The position numbers and the translations under genes are program-made. A stretch of DNA of 64,000 nt from Squalus acanthias (taxonomy: Eukaryota). The first letter of the stretch is position 1, and every line of letters starts with the position of its first letter. Shown here piece by piece: positions 1 to 13,109 of the stretch. The stretch lies in assembly GCA_030390025.1 (NCBI GenBank), contig JASTWF010000033.1:6450001-6514000 (forward strand), given 5' to 3'. The notes under the pieces were generated by a model. That model saw only the letters and a program-made list of their open reading frames with translations, was not told the DNA's origin and did no database searches.

Positions 1-169
1 TCTAAAGTAGCTTCTTGCATTTTTCATACATCAGCACAGAGTTCTTGTTTCTATTAACGCTCCACTAAACATTTAAGAGGAAATCTATATTTACATTATT
101 TACATTATTCCTGGGACTTGTTCAGACTATACAACGGCAGACACAATTAAATCGTTCACAATAGCAAAA

Positions 170-556
170 TACAGCGGATGCTGGAATCTGAAATATAGAC
201 AGAAAATGCTGGAAATACTCAGCAGGTCAGACAGCATCTGTGGAGAGAGAGAGAAACAGAGTTAACGTTTCAGGTCTGTGACCTTTCGTCCGAACTGGAA
301 AAAGTTCGAGATGTTAACCAGGTGCAGAGGCCTGATTTAACCACTCCTGCCTTCCACCATATCACAGACCATCCCTTTTGTTCCTTCCTCCCATCCCGCC
401 TTTCCCTGACTCTGCACCTGGTAAATATCTGTTACAACTCTAATATTTTCCAGTTCTGACGAAAGTTCACAGACCTGAAACATTAAATCTGTTTTTCTCT
501 CTCTCTCCACAGATGCTGACTGACCTGCTGAGTATTTCCAGCATTTTCTGTTTTAT
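170..556. mobile_element. Penelope-like element terminal-repeat fragments in inverted (fold-back) arrangement
   Basis: Arms ~199-329 and ~410-551 are reverse complements (cagaaaatgctggaaatactcagcaggtcag...ccaggtgcagag vs ctctgcacctgg...ctgacctgctgagtatttccagcattttctg). Each arm carries a CTGACGA...GAAAC hammerhead-like motif typical of PLE pseudo-LTRs. Confidence 0.7.
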
Positions 557-787
557 TATAATATAATATAAAATGGTTTCTGTTTTTCTCCTTTTTTTGG
601 TTCTCTTTCTGAACGTCTTAATGATATTTTTAAAAAGTCAAAAAAAAGTAACATGTAACTCCTCCAAATCCATCCCTGCCTTCCCCTCCTCAACAGCATG
701 GTTGCATGTTTGTGTGAAGCTACTCACTTCAGTCGATCGTTCAAAATCAAATATTGAGAAATGTCAATTATAAAACGCTTTAAGCAT

Positions 788-941
788 NNNNNNNNNNNNN
801 NNNNNNNNNNNNNNNNNNNNNNNNNNNNNNNNNNNNNNNNNNNNNNNNNNNNNNNNNNNNNNNNNNNNNNNNNNNNNNNNNNNNNNNNNNNNNNNNNNNN
901 NNNNNNNNNNNNNNNNNNNNNNNNNNNNNNNNNNNNNNNNN
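788..941. other. Assembly gap
   Basis: Run of N. Confidence 1.
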
Positions 942-1152
942 GGGGAGGAGCTGAGGATATTAGGTGGGGTGGGGAGGAGCTGTGGATATTAGGTGGGGTG
1001 TGGAGGAGCTGAGGATATTAGGTGGGGTGGGGAGGAGCTGAGGATATTAGGTGGGTTCAGGAGGCGCTGAGGATATTAGTTGGGGTGGGGAGGAGCTGAG
1101 GATATTAGGTGAGGTGGGGAGGAGCTGAGGATATTAGATGGGGTGGGGAGGA
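942..1152. repeat. 29-bp G-rich minisatellite, ~7 copies visible
   Basis: Unit ggggaggagctgaggatattaggtggggt; abuts the gap. Confidence 0.95.
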
Positions 1153-1539
1153 GTTTACGATGTTCGATTCATATATCGAAAGTCACAAAGTGAGGCTGAA
1201 GCAAACAGGAGAGCAGTTCTGTTATTTGAAATAAATAGTATCTTCACCAACTTCTTCGAAAAGCAGCAGTACAAAGTGACAATCCAGGAGTTTACTCTGC
1301 AACAAATCCTCAAATTTTCTGATAAAATTCCAAAACCACACACAGTTGTAGATGGCTGCCTTTATTAATTGTTATTGTTTTTTATTCAATAAACTGATGC
1401 TTTGCTTCAAATATTGGAAAGACATTTCTCTACATGACATCTCAGAATAGACAATGGAAACACACAGACTGCGCAGTTAAGTGACAAGTGAACTTTAACA
1501 TAGATGAATGCGAGGCCATGCACTTTGGTCGGAAAATCT

Positions 1540-1985
1540 AAACATCATGAGGGTAGTGTGGTTGATGATGTGTATATGGACTTTCAAAAGGCGTTTCACA
1601 AAGTACCACGTGACATACCTGGTTATAAAATTCTAGCCCATGGGATTAATGGGACAGGGCAGCATGTATACCAAATTGGCCAAGTGTCAGAAGGCAGAGA
1701 GTAGTGGTGACTGGTTGTTTTTCAGACTGGAGGGAAGTATACAGTGGTGTTCCCCAGGGGTAGCTATTAGGACCAGTGGTCTCTTTGATATATTTTAATG
1801 ACCTAGAGTTGGGTATTGAGGGCATCAAAACTCGGAAATGTAGTACATAATGAGAAAGATAGTCACAGACTTCAGGAGGACGTAAACTGACTGGTCAACA
1901 AGAGAACATAAGAAATAGGAGCAGGAGTAGGCCATTCGGCCCTTGGATCCTGCTCCACCATTCAATATAATCATGGCTGACCTTC
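1540..1985. mobile_element. Degenerate CR1 RT fragment (+) followed by a CR1 3' tail (-)
   Basis: VDDVYMDFQKAFHKVP and agtggtgttccccaggg (SGVPQG) motifs; inverted tail aacataagaaataggagcaggagtaggcc at ~1904-1985. Confidence 0.8.
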
Positions 1986-2309
1986 GGTTAAAAAGTCATT
2001 CATGCAACACCTACTAACTGACCCTCATTCCTGCATATAAAGTTATCTCCTTACTCAGTTTACTGGCATATTTTCCATTAGCAGAATAAAATATAATTGG
2101 AGCCGTATGCAAGACTCTAAATGCCAAGGCAATTTGGCTGGGTCTTTACCCTTATAAACTGTTCCTCAGGCTGGAGGGGTTGAGAGCTTCAGATTAGTCC
2201 CTGACATGATCCTACACTTCTCTGATGGTGTTTCTTGCGGAATCCAATCCCTTTGCTTACAGCATAACCCGAACACTGATTCAATTAGGCAGACACTTGG
2301 CAGATTCTA

Positions 2310-4262
2310 TTTCACACAAATAATTGTGAAGTGAAAAATGAGAAGAGGCAATGTGATCTCAATGGTGTAACTATAAAGGGAGTGCAGGAACAGAGCGACC
2401 TAGGCATGTATGTACATTAATCTTTGAAGGCGGCCGGACAATTTGAGGAGTATGTTAATTAAGCATACGGGATCATTCGCTTTATTAATAAGCAGTAGAG
2501 TACAAAAGCAAGGAAGTTATGCAAAAACATTTTAAAGCACTGATTAGGTTTCAGCTGTAGCATTGTGTCCAATTCTGGACACCACACTTTAGTAAAATGC
2601 CATGGCCTTGGAGCGTGTGCAGAAGAGATTTACTAGAATGGTACCAGGGACAAGGGACTTCAGTTATGTGGAGAGACTGGAGAAGCTGGTGCTGTTCTGA
2701 TTAGAGCAGAGAAGGTTAAGAGGAGATTTGATAGAGGTGTTCAAAAGACTACATAGATTTAATAGAGTACTTGAAGAGCAACTGTTTCCAGTGGCAGTGG
2801 GGTCGGTAACCAGATGACACAGATTTAATGTGATTGGCAAAAGAACCCAAGACAACATGAGGAGGATTTTGTTTTACGCAGCGAGTTGTTGTGATCTGGA
2901 ATGTGCTGCCTGAAAAGGCGGTGGAAGCAGATTCAATAGTAACTTTCAAAGGGGATTTGGAAAAAATACTTGAGGTAAAAAAATACTGGGGAAAGAGCAG
3001 AGGAGTGGTATTAATTGTACAGCTGTACGAAAGAGCCAGCACAGATACGGTGGGCTGAATGGCCTCCTTCTGTGCTGTATCATTCCATGATTCAATACTC
3101 ACCGATACCTTAGAAAATAAGAAACTGAACGTGGCAGAAGAGCAAATGGCTCTAGGGCTACAGGTGAACAAATAATTAAATGCAGTATCTCAGGACAGCA
3201 AAGCAATTAAAATGCTAACAATGAATTGGGGTTTATTTCGAAGGCGATAGAATTCAAAAGAAGTGAAGTTGGCCAGTGGTGGGAAGTGGTGTTTCACAAG
3301 GATCGGTGCTGGGAACACTTTTGTTCACCATTTACTTCAACAATTCGGACTCAGGAATCGGAAGTGCAATTTCAAACATTGTGGATGCCACCCAAATGGG
3401 GGTTTATACTTAATATAGAGGAGGACTGCGACAAAATACAGGAGGACGTTAATAAACTTGTAGAATGTGTGTGTAACTGGCAAATGAACCTCAATATAGA
3501 GAAATGTGAGGTAGTGCATTTTAATAGGAAGAATACGGAGGTCACAGACTCCTTGGAGAATAACAAGGTTGAGGGACAGAGGGATGTGAGGGTACAGTTA
3601 CATAAATCACTAAAAGTTGCAATGCAGGTTGATAATGCCATAAAAACAAAGAAAGCACTGGGGTTCATTTCTGGAGGAATAGAATTGTAAAGAATATAAG
3701 TCATGTTAAACTTGTATGGAAACTTTCTCAGACTTGGTGTACTGTGAACATGATCTCCATCTTATAAAAAGGACATAGAGGGAATGGTGAAGGTACAAAA
3801 TTGTATTTACTAGAATGATACCAGAACTGAGAGGTTATACCTGTCAGGAGAGACTGAACAGGCTGGGGCTCTTTGCTTTTAGAAAGTGAAGACTGAGGGA
3901 TAATTAGGTAGTGCTCTTTGAGATTATGAAAGGATTTCATAGGGTAGATTGGGAAAGGTGTTTCCACTTGCAGGAGAGACTAGAACATGGGGTCATAGAT
4001 GTAAGATAGTCATTAATAAATCTAACATGGAATTCAGGAGAAACCTTTTTACCAAATGAGTGGTCAGAATGTGGAACTCGCTGCCACAAGGAGCTGTTGA
4101 TGCGAATAGCACAGACACATTTAAAGGGGGAAAGGAATGGAATGATATTTTTACTGGGTTAGATGAAGGAGGGTGGGTGGAGGCTCGTGTGGAGCATGGA
4201 CACCAACATGAATATTTTGAGTCAAATGCCCTGTCTCTGTGCTGTAAATACTTTGTAAATTC
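2310..4262 (+). mobile_element. Several 5'-truncated CR1 LINE 3' fragments
   Basis: RT C-terminal motifs (WQMNLNIEKCEVVHF, RMWNSLPQ) and CR1 3' tails near 3050-3095 and 4170-4260. Confidence 0.85.
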
Positions 4263-4284
4263 TATTAAACATTTCGAAGACCCG

Positions 4285-5680
4285 GGTCAGGTCACACTTA
4301 GAGAACTGTGCATAGTTATGGTCCCTATATTATATAAAGGACATAGAAGAATAGGAGGAAGTGCAAAACATACTTACAACAACAAGAACTTGTATTTATA
4401 AAGCGCCTTTAAAATAGTAAAATAACCCAAGAGATTCACGGGAGCGTTATTGAACAAAAACTGACCCTGAGCTACCTAAGGAGATATTGGGAAAGATGAC
4501 CAAATGCTTAGTCAAAGAGGTAAGTTTTCAGCAGCATCTTAAAGGAGGAGGGAGATTTAGAGAAGCAGAGGGGTTCAGGGAGGAGATTCCTGAGCTTAGG
4601 GACCAGGCAGCTGAAAGCACAGCCGCCAATGGTGGAGCGGTTACAATCGGGGATGTGTAAAAGGACAGAATTAGAGGAACACAGAGATCTCGGGAGTGTT
4701 GTGGGGCTGGTGGAGCTTGCAGAGGTAGGGAGGGCGGGGCCATGCAGGGATTTGAATGCTAGGATGATAATTTTAAAAAGGTAGCATTGACGGAACGGTA
4801 GTCAATGTAGGTCAGCGAGCACAGGGGTGGTGATTTTCCGGGATTTGGTGTGGGTTAGGTTACGGGCAGCAGAGCTTTGGATGAGCTCCATTTATGGAGG
4901 GTGGGAGATGAAAAGCCGGCCAGGAGAAAGTTGGTGTTATCAAATCTAGAGCTACCAAAGGCATGGATGATTGTTTGAGCAGCAGATGAGCTGAGGCAGG
5001 GGCGAAGTTCAGCTATGTTACGGAGATGGAAGTAAGCCGTCCTGGTGATGGAGTGAATATACGGTCGGAAGATCATCCCGTGGTCAAATACGACACCAAG
5101 GTTGCAAACAGTAAACTGGTGTTAAGGAGAGGGTTGGAGTCGTTGGCTTGGCAACGGAGTTTGTGAAGGTTCCAATAGCTTTCGGTCTTACAAGTATTTA
5201 GTTGGATGGCACCAGAACTGAAAGATTGCAGGTATCGGGAAAGATTAAACAGGTTGGGCCTTTCTGCTATAGAAGAGAGAGGACTTAGAAGAGACATGAT
5301 AGAGATCTTGAAAATTATGAATGGGTTGGACAGGGTAGATGTGGAGATAATGTTTACACGTGTGGGAGAATGCAGCACTTGGTGTCATAAATACAAGATA
5401 GTTACTAATAAATTCAATAGGGAAATAAGGAGCAATTTCTTTACTCAGAGAGTGGATAGTATCTGGAACATACTAGCACAGGAAGTGCTTGAGGAAAATA
5501 GTTTAGATTCTTTCAGAATGAAACTAGACCAGTAAATGCTAGAAAGGGGAATAGAAAGATATTCTGAAAGGCTGAGATGAGGAAGATGCAATGAGAGGAG
5601 TCTGGTGTGGAGCATAAACACCAGCACAGACTGATTGGGCCGAATGTCCTGTTTGTATGCTGTTTATTCCATGTAATATA
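4285..5680 (+). mobile_element. CR1 3' fragment split by an L2 insertion
   Basis: CR1-like sequence at 4285-4377 resumes at ~5190 (YRERLNRLGL...RRDMIEILKIM...FFTQRV), with a tail at ~5590-5680. Confidence 0.75.
4378..5165 (-). mobile_element. L2 LINE 3' fragment
   Basis: ORF 4855-5076 TRTAYFHLRNIAELRPCLSSSAAQTIIHAF is an L2 RT C-terminus; gttgtt-type tail at the left end. Confidence 0.85.
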
Positions 5681-5936
5681 ATCCCCTGAACTGCAGCTCC
5701 GCTCTGTCTGCCCAACTACTGACCAGGCTCTTATTCTGGAAGCTGCGAATGAATTGCTGTCCTCAATCGCTGAAGGGACTCTTTACAGAAGATCTCAGAG
5801 TGAAAGCAGCAAACTAGTGGTCCTGTCCCGAAAGACAATGTGGGAAATGTCAGTCAGAAACAGTGCCGAGTCCTAAACACAGTGTTCGCCCCGCCGCTGG
5901 CTGTATCTTCAGATCTCCAGCGATTGCTGGTGTAAT

Positions 5937-6810
5937 TCAGTGGATGGCAGCCTGGGGATGAATATTACATTCCTGGGCTGGAAACACTGGGAGCCGGCTC
6001 TGGGCGGCGCTCAGTTGTTTCTGATTATTAATGAATTGAATAATTGAGGTAAGCGGATATTTCACCGCCCACTTCACCTGCTTCCTGAACTTGGACTGGG
6101 TCACCCCATAAATAAAGGTGTGTTTGCAGCAACTTAAATTCCGCAGCATATATCCAACTCGTTGACAGATATATAAAGAGCCAGTGTAATAACGGGGATC
6201 TGTTCCTGTAATGTTATAATATAAGAACTCTATAACATAGATCAGCCACAGCAGTATGAAGCTGTCGGATATGGCGAAGAGTAAAATCATCGACTTCCTT
6301 CTACTCTCTATCTCTGGGTCTCTGCCATTCTCTTCGTTGCTCTCACCCCTCTGTCCCTTACGGACCCGACTGGCCACTAAAATGTGTCTGACTGTCAGAG
6401 CTTTAAGCAACACAATTATAGCGAATGGGAGCAATGGGTTTTAAACCGTGTCAAACCAGGTAAATCCCACCCACCAGTGCTCAGTGTAATAGCTCGGGAT
6501 TGGGACACAGAACCACGGCACATTGACGATTATCTCCCAGGGTTGAATTGTAAAGTAGAAGGGAACGTTTCTTAAACAGAGCAGAATGCAGGTTGTTCCC
6601 AGAACCACAGCCGCAGTTTTCTCGGTGCAATATTTAGTTTTCAACTTCAGGCAACAAATAGCCACAAATCGATCAAAGGTGAAAGTGACGGTGAACCAGA
6701 CAGAACAGTCTGTGGCTGCACGAGACAGGACAGTGAGAACATTACACACAGGGGTGATGTCCAGGAAACTCACTGGGAAATAATGATAATTCACCTGGTA
6801 TAGTATGACC
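5937..6810 (-). pseudogene. GPR139/142-like rhodopsin-class GPCR, main exon (disrupted)
   Basis: VILYQVNY..PVC..AATDCSVWFTVTFTFDRFVAICC..KYCTEKTAAVV..ESRRKSMILL..FIYGVTQSKFR. In-frame TAA at 6441-6443; the 5' part of the exon is replaced by an insertion at ~6810. Confidence 0.9.
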
Positions 6811-7724
6811 CTAGTTTAACGGAGACGGGACAGGGGGCGAGCAGCGAACCGCTCCCAGGAGGCGGGTTGGCAGGTTAAATATTTAATGAGGCGGGAGGCC
6901 TCTGATTCAATTTGTTTAACTGCGGCTTCCTGGGCCACGGGAATGATTTCACTCCCCAATTCCGAAGCTCTACCCATCGCCCGAGCCCCCCATACATAGA
7001 AACCTGGGCTCGGGCTCGGACATCCCCAAGACTGGGGATTGGACAGACCCCCCAGGAACGGTCAAATCCCCGGGACCGGTCAAATTCCCGGGACCAGTCA
7101 AACCCCCGGGACCGTTCAAACATCCAGGACCGGTCAAACCCCCGGGAACGGTCACACCCCCGGGACTGCTCAAACCCCCGGGACCGGTCAAACCCCAGGA
7201 ACCGGTCACACCTCTGAGACTGGTCAAACCCCCGGGACCGGTCCATCCCCCGGGACCGGTCACACCTCCGAGAAAATTCAATCCCGCAGGCTCGGGCAAA
7301 CCCCTGGGTCCGGTCAAAACTCTGAGACCTGTCACACCCCTGGGACCGGTCAAACCCCCGGGACCGGTCACACCCCCGGGACCGGTTACACCCCCGGGAC
7401 CGGTCACGCCCCTGGGATGCGTCACGCCCCTGGGATCAGTGAAACCCCCGGTCCATGACCGGACACAACCAAGTTTAGCCCATCAGACCTACCTGGGCCT
7501 GCTCCGGAGTCCCCCCAAACCGTCCGACTGGAAGCCCGATTGTCAATCAGGCTGACTTCTGGGGTGGGGAACTAGTCAAGGACAATGGATGTACGCTGTG
7601 TAGTTAAGACACCCCAACGTCCGGGAATACATGGACTTCCAGGTATCCTGTCTGATATTCCGCATCCACCCCCTTACCCTCAAGCAATTTGCTCATATAC
7701 CTCCGCCTCTGTTAATATCCAGGC
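6808..7724. mobile_element. Putative non-autonomous DNA transposon with an internal 18-bp tandem array
   Basis: GC-rich block interrupting the GPCR exon; imperfect terminal inverted similarity (ttaacggagacgg at left vs reverse-complement ttaacagaggcgg at right). Confidence 0.45.
7048..7455. repeat. 18-bp GC-rich minisatellite, ~22 copies
   Basis: Unit ccccgggaccggtcaaac/cacac. Confidence 0.9.
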
Positions 7725-8616
7725 GGAGGTATATGAGCAAATGCAAATTACTAAGACTGCTGTAAATCTGATAAGAAAATAAGAAATAGGAGCAGGAGTA
7801 TACCATTCGGCCCTTCGACCCTGCTTCGCCGTTCAATGAGATCATGGCTGATCTTCTGCCTCAATTCAATTCACCGGACATATCGCCATATCCCTTGATG
7901 CCCTTACTATTCAGAAACCTATCGACTTTTGTTTTGAATGTATCCAATGACTGAGTCTCCACAGCCCACTGGGGTAGAGAATTCCAAAAATTCACCACCC
8001 TCTGTGTGAAGAAATTTCTTCTCAATCCTGGTCCTGATTGGCCCACCCTTTATCCTGAGGCTGTGGCCCATGGTTCTGGACTCCGCAGCCAATGGAAACA
8101 TCCTCCCAGTATCCAACCTATCAAGCCCTGTAATAAGTATGAATGCTTCAATGAGATCCCCTCTCATTCTTCTGAATTCAATAAAATGCAGGCCTAGTTT
8201 ACTCAATTTCTTCTCATACGACAGTCCCGCCATGCCAGGAATCAATCTCGTGAACCTTCGTTGCAAGTATATCCTTCCTTATGTAATGAGACCACAATTG
8301 TACACAGTGCTGCAGGTGTGGTCTCACTAAGGCCCTATATAATTGGAATAAGACTTCTTTACTCCTGTACTCAAATCCTCTTGTAATGAAGGCTAGCAAA
8401 TCATTTCTCTTCCTAATGGCTTGCTGCACCTGCACATTCACTTTCAGTAATTCATGTACAAGGACACCCAGGACCCTTTGAGCATCTGCATTCCCCAATC
8501 TTTCACAATCTAGGAAATACTCTGCCGTTCTGTTTTTTCTTCCAAAGTGGATAACTTCACATTTATCCACCTTATAATCCATCTGCCATGATCTCGCCCG
8601 CTCACTGAGCCTGTTG

Positions 8617-11600
8617 AAAGAGAGAAACATAGAAGATAGGAGCAGGAGTAGGCCATTCGGCCCCTCGAGCCTGCTCCACCATTCGATGAGATCATGGCTG
8701 ATCATCCAAACTCAGTACCCTGTCCCTACCTTCTCCCCATATCCCTTGATACCTTTAGCTTTAAGAAATATATCTAACTCATCCTTGAATATATTTAATG
8801 ACTTCGCCTCAACTACCTTCTGTGGTAGAGAATTCCACAGGTTCACCACTCTCTGGGTGAAGAAATTCTTCCTCATTTCTGTCCTAAATGGTTTAGCCGT
8901 TATCCGTAGATTATGACCCCTGGTTCTGGACTCTCCGATCAACGGGAACATTCTTCCTGCATCTAGTTTGTCCAGACCTGTCAGAATTGTATATGTTTCG
9001 ATGAGATCCCCTCCCTTTCTTCTATACTCCAGTGAGAGTAAGAACAAACGACCCAATCTCTCCTCATACGTCATTCCTGCCCTCCCAGGTATCGACCTTG
9101 TGAAGCTTCGCTAAACTCCTTCCATGGCAAGAACATCCTTCCTCAGGCAAGGCGACCAAAACTGCACACAGTACTCAAGGTGTGGTCTCATCAAGGCCCT
9201 GCACAACTGCAGCAGGACATCCCTGTTCCTATACTCAAACCCTTTCGCTATGAAGGCCAACATACAATTTGCCTTCTTCACCGCCTGCTGCACCTACATG
9301 ATTACTTTCAGCGACTGGTGCACAAGGACACCCAGGTCTCGTTGCACTTCCCCTTCTCCCAATCTATTTCCATTCAGATAATAGTCTGCCTTTCTGTTTT
9401 TGACACCAAAGTGGATAACCTCGCACTTATCCACGTTATATTGCATCTGCCACGCTTCTGCCCACTCACCCAACCTGTCCAAATCATCCTGGAGTTTCTC
9501 GGTATCCTCCTCGCAGCACACACTCCCACCCAGCTTTGTGCCATCTGCAAACTTGGAGATATTACATTTAATTCCCTTATCTAGATCATTAATGTATATT
9601 GTGTATAGCTGGGGTCCAAGGACCGATCCCTGCGGTACCCCACTAGTCACTGCTTGGCACTCGGAAAAATACTCATTAATTCCTACTCTCTGCTTTCTGT
9701 CCGCCAAAGAGTTCTCTATCCAAGTCAATACCTTGCCCCCAATCCCATGTGCCTTAACTTTACACGCTAATCTCTTATGCGGGACCTTATCAAAATCCTT
9801 TTCAAAGTCCAAATACACCACATCTACTGGTTCTCCCTTATCTATTTACCCAGTTACATCCACAAAAAATTCCAGTAGATTAGTCAAGCACGATTTACCT
9901 TTTGTAAATCCATGTTGACTTTGTCCGATCCTGTCACTGCTTTTCAATTGCTCAGCTATTACATCATTTATAATGGACTCTAGCATTTTCCCCACTACCG
10001 ATGTCAGGCTTACCGGTCTGTAATTCCCCGCTTTCTCTCTACCACCCTTTTTGAATAGTGAGGGAACATTAGCTACCCTCCAATCCATGGGTACAGTTCC
10101 AGATTCCATCGAATGTTGGAAGATGATCAGCAATGCATCTACTATTTCTAGGGCCACTTCCTTAAGTACCCTAAGATGTAGATTATCAGGCCCTGGGGAT
10201 TTATCGGCCTTCAATACCGTCAATTTCCCTAACACCATTTCCCTGCAAATATTGATTTATTTTAGTTCCTCCCTTTCATCAGACCGTATGTTCACCAACA
10301 TCTCTGGGAGGTTATTTGTGTCCTCCTTTGTGAAGACAGAACCAAAATATGCATTTAATTGGGCTGCCATTTCTTTGTTCCCCATTATAACTTCCCCGCT
10401 TCTGACTGCAAGGGACCTACACTTGATTTCCTAATATTTTTCTCTTCACATATCTATAAAATCTCTTACAGTCAGTTTTTATGTTCCCAGCAACCTTACT
10501 TTCATATTCTATTTCACCCTTCTTAATTAATCCCTTTGTCCTCCTTTGTTGAATCCTAAACTGCTCGCAATCCTCAGGGCTACCGCTATTTCTGGCCAAT
10601 TTATATGGCCTCTCCTTGGATGTTATGCTATCCCTAATTTCCCTTGTTAGTCACGGTTGAGTCACCCTTTTTGTTTTATTCTTATGCCACACTGGGATGA
10701 ACACATTCTGTAGTTCATCCATGCAGTCTTTGAATGTTTGCCTTTGCCTATCCACCGTCAACCCCTTGAGTGATTTTCCCCAATCAATCCTAGCCAATTC
10801 GCGCCTCATACCATCGTAGTTTCATTTATTTAAATTCAGGACCCTAGTCTCTGATTGAACTACTTCACTCTCGATCCTAATGAAGAATTCTATCATGTTA
10901 TGATCACTCTGACCCAAGGGGCCTCGTACAACAAGAATGCTAATTAATCCTTTCTCGTTACATAATACCCAGTCTAAGATGGCCTGATCTCTGGTTGGTT
11001 CCTTGACATATTGTTCCAGAAAACCATCTCGTAAACATTCTAGGAATTCCTCCTCCACAGTATTTTACCAATTTGATTAGCCCAATCTATATGTAAATTA
11101 AAGTCACCCATGATGACTGCTGTGCCCTTACAGCATGCTTCTCTAATTTCCCTTTTAATGCCGTCCCCAACCTCTGTATTACTGTTTGGATGTCTAATAC
11201 CACTCCCACTAACGTTTTCTGCCCCTTGTTATTTCTCAGTTCTACCCATACAGATTCCGCATCATCAGAGCTAATATCCTTCCTTTCAATTGTGTTAATC
11301 CCCTCTTTAACCAGCAATGCTACACCACCTCCCTTTCTTTTTTGCCTATCATTCCTAAATTTTGAATAACCCTGGATGTTGAGTTCCCAGCCTTGGCAAC
11401 CCTGGAGCCATGTTTCTGTAATCCCAATCAAATCGTATTAATTTACCTTTATTTGCGCAGCTAATTCATCCACCTTGTTCCGAATGCTCCTTGCATTAAG
11501 ACACAAAGCCTTCAGGCTTGCTTTTTTAACGCTCACAGACGTATATGAATTAATATTTACTGTGACCATGTTTGATTTAGACCGTTGAGTTCTTTGCCTT

Positions 11601-13109
11601 CTACTTTTGTTTTTCTCCTTCCTGTCTTTAGCTTTTATCCTTGTTTCCCTTTCCTCTGTCTCCCTGCTCAGGTTCCCAACCCCCTGGCACTTTAGTTTAA
11701 ACCCTCCCCAACAGCACTAGCAAACACTCCCCCTAGGACATCGGTCCCGGCCCTGCCCAGGTGCAGACCGTCCCGTTTGTACTGGTCCCACCTCCCCCAG
11801 AAACGGTTCCAATGATCAAGGAATTTGAATCCCTCCCCCTTGCACCATTCCTCTAGCCACGTATTAATTTGAAATATCCTCCTATTTCTACTCTGACTCG
11901 CACGTGGCACTGGTAGCAATCCTGAGATTACTAACTTTGAGGTCCTATTTTTTAATTTACCTCAAAACTCCCTATATTTTGCTTTTAGGACCTCATCCCG
12001 TTTTTTACCTATATCGTTGATGCCTATGTGCACCACGACAACTGGCTGTTCGCCCTCCCCCTCCAAAATGTTCTGAAGCCGCTCCGAGACGTCTTTGACC
12101 CTTGCACCAGGGAGGCAACACACCATCCTGGAGTCCCGATTGCGGCCACAGAAACGCCTATCTATTCCGCTTACAATTGAATCCCCTATCACTATAGCTG
12201 TTCCACACTTTTTCCTCCCAGCCTGTGCAGCAGAGCCACCTATGTTGCCAGGAAGTTGATAAGTCATCCCCCACAACAGCATCCAAAGTGGTATATCTGT
12301 TTTAGAGGGGGATGGCCACAGGGGACCCCTGCACTACCTGCCTGTAGCTCTTACTCTGCCTGGTGGTCATCCATTCACTTCCTGCCTGTACACCCTTTAC
12401 CTGCGGTGTGACCAACTCGCTAAACGTGTTATCCACGATGTTCTCAGCATCGCGAATGCTCCAATACGCATCCATCCGCAGCTCCAGCGCCGCAATGCGG
12501 TCCGTCAGCAGCTGCAGCTGGATACATTTCCCACACACATGGTCGTCAGGGACACAGGAAGTGTCCCTGATTTCCCAAATATAGTAGGAGGAGCATATCA
12601 CGGCGCCGAGCTCTCCTGCCATGACTTACCGTTTAATTAATTAATTAAAATTAAACTAATTGAATCCCACCAATTTCACTTCAATTAAATGATATACTCA
12701 AGGGCCCTTGCTTACCAGTAGTCCCCGCTACACCAAAGATACTCTAGAAACTATAAACCACACAATTTAAGTGTGGAACAAAGGAGAAAAAGAGAAATAC
12801 TCATCAACCAATCACTTACCTGCTTTCTGGTGACGTCACACTTTGATTATTTTTTACTTCTCTCTCCCGCTCTCGGGGCTACCTGGTAAACCTACCTGGT
12901 CGCCGCCGCCTCTTTTATCAGCTCCGCCTCGCCGCAGCCGCTCCACCCAGGTCCGCCGCCTCTGTGGGTCTACCTGGTCGCCGCCGCCTCTTTTATCAGC
13001 TCCGCCTCGCCGCAGCCGCTCCACCCAGGTCCGCCGCCTCTGTGGGTCTACCTGGTCGGCGCCACCACTTTTATCAGCTCCGCCTCGCCGCAGCCGCTCC
13101 ACCCAGGTA
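8617..13109 (-). mobile_element. Near full-length CR1 LINE (ORF1 Zn-finger + SGNH esterase; ORF2 APE + RT), frame-disrupted
   Basis: ORF1 fragments (ICSS..WE..CGKC; VIGDSIV..VVHIGINDI..DGLHL), APE (IGITETWL; LDWVL..SDHNMI), RT ([29 protein letters not shown]); ttctatgt-type 3' tail. Confidence 0.95.
12892..13109 (-). repeat. 78-bp tandem monomers (~2.8 copies) at the CR1 5' end
   Basis: ctacctggtcgccgccgcctcttttatcagctccg... starts at 12892, 12970 and 13048. Confidence 0.9.

Noticed and set aside
6970..7425. Collagen-like Gly-X-Y ORF
   Set aside because: 18-bp repeat open in several frames on both strands, inside an insertion
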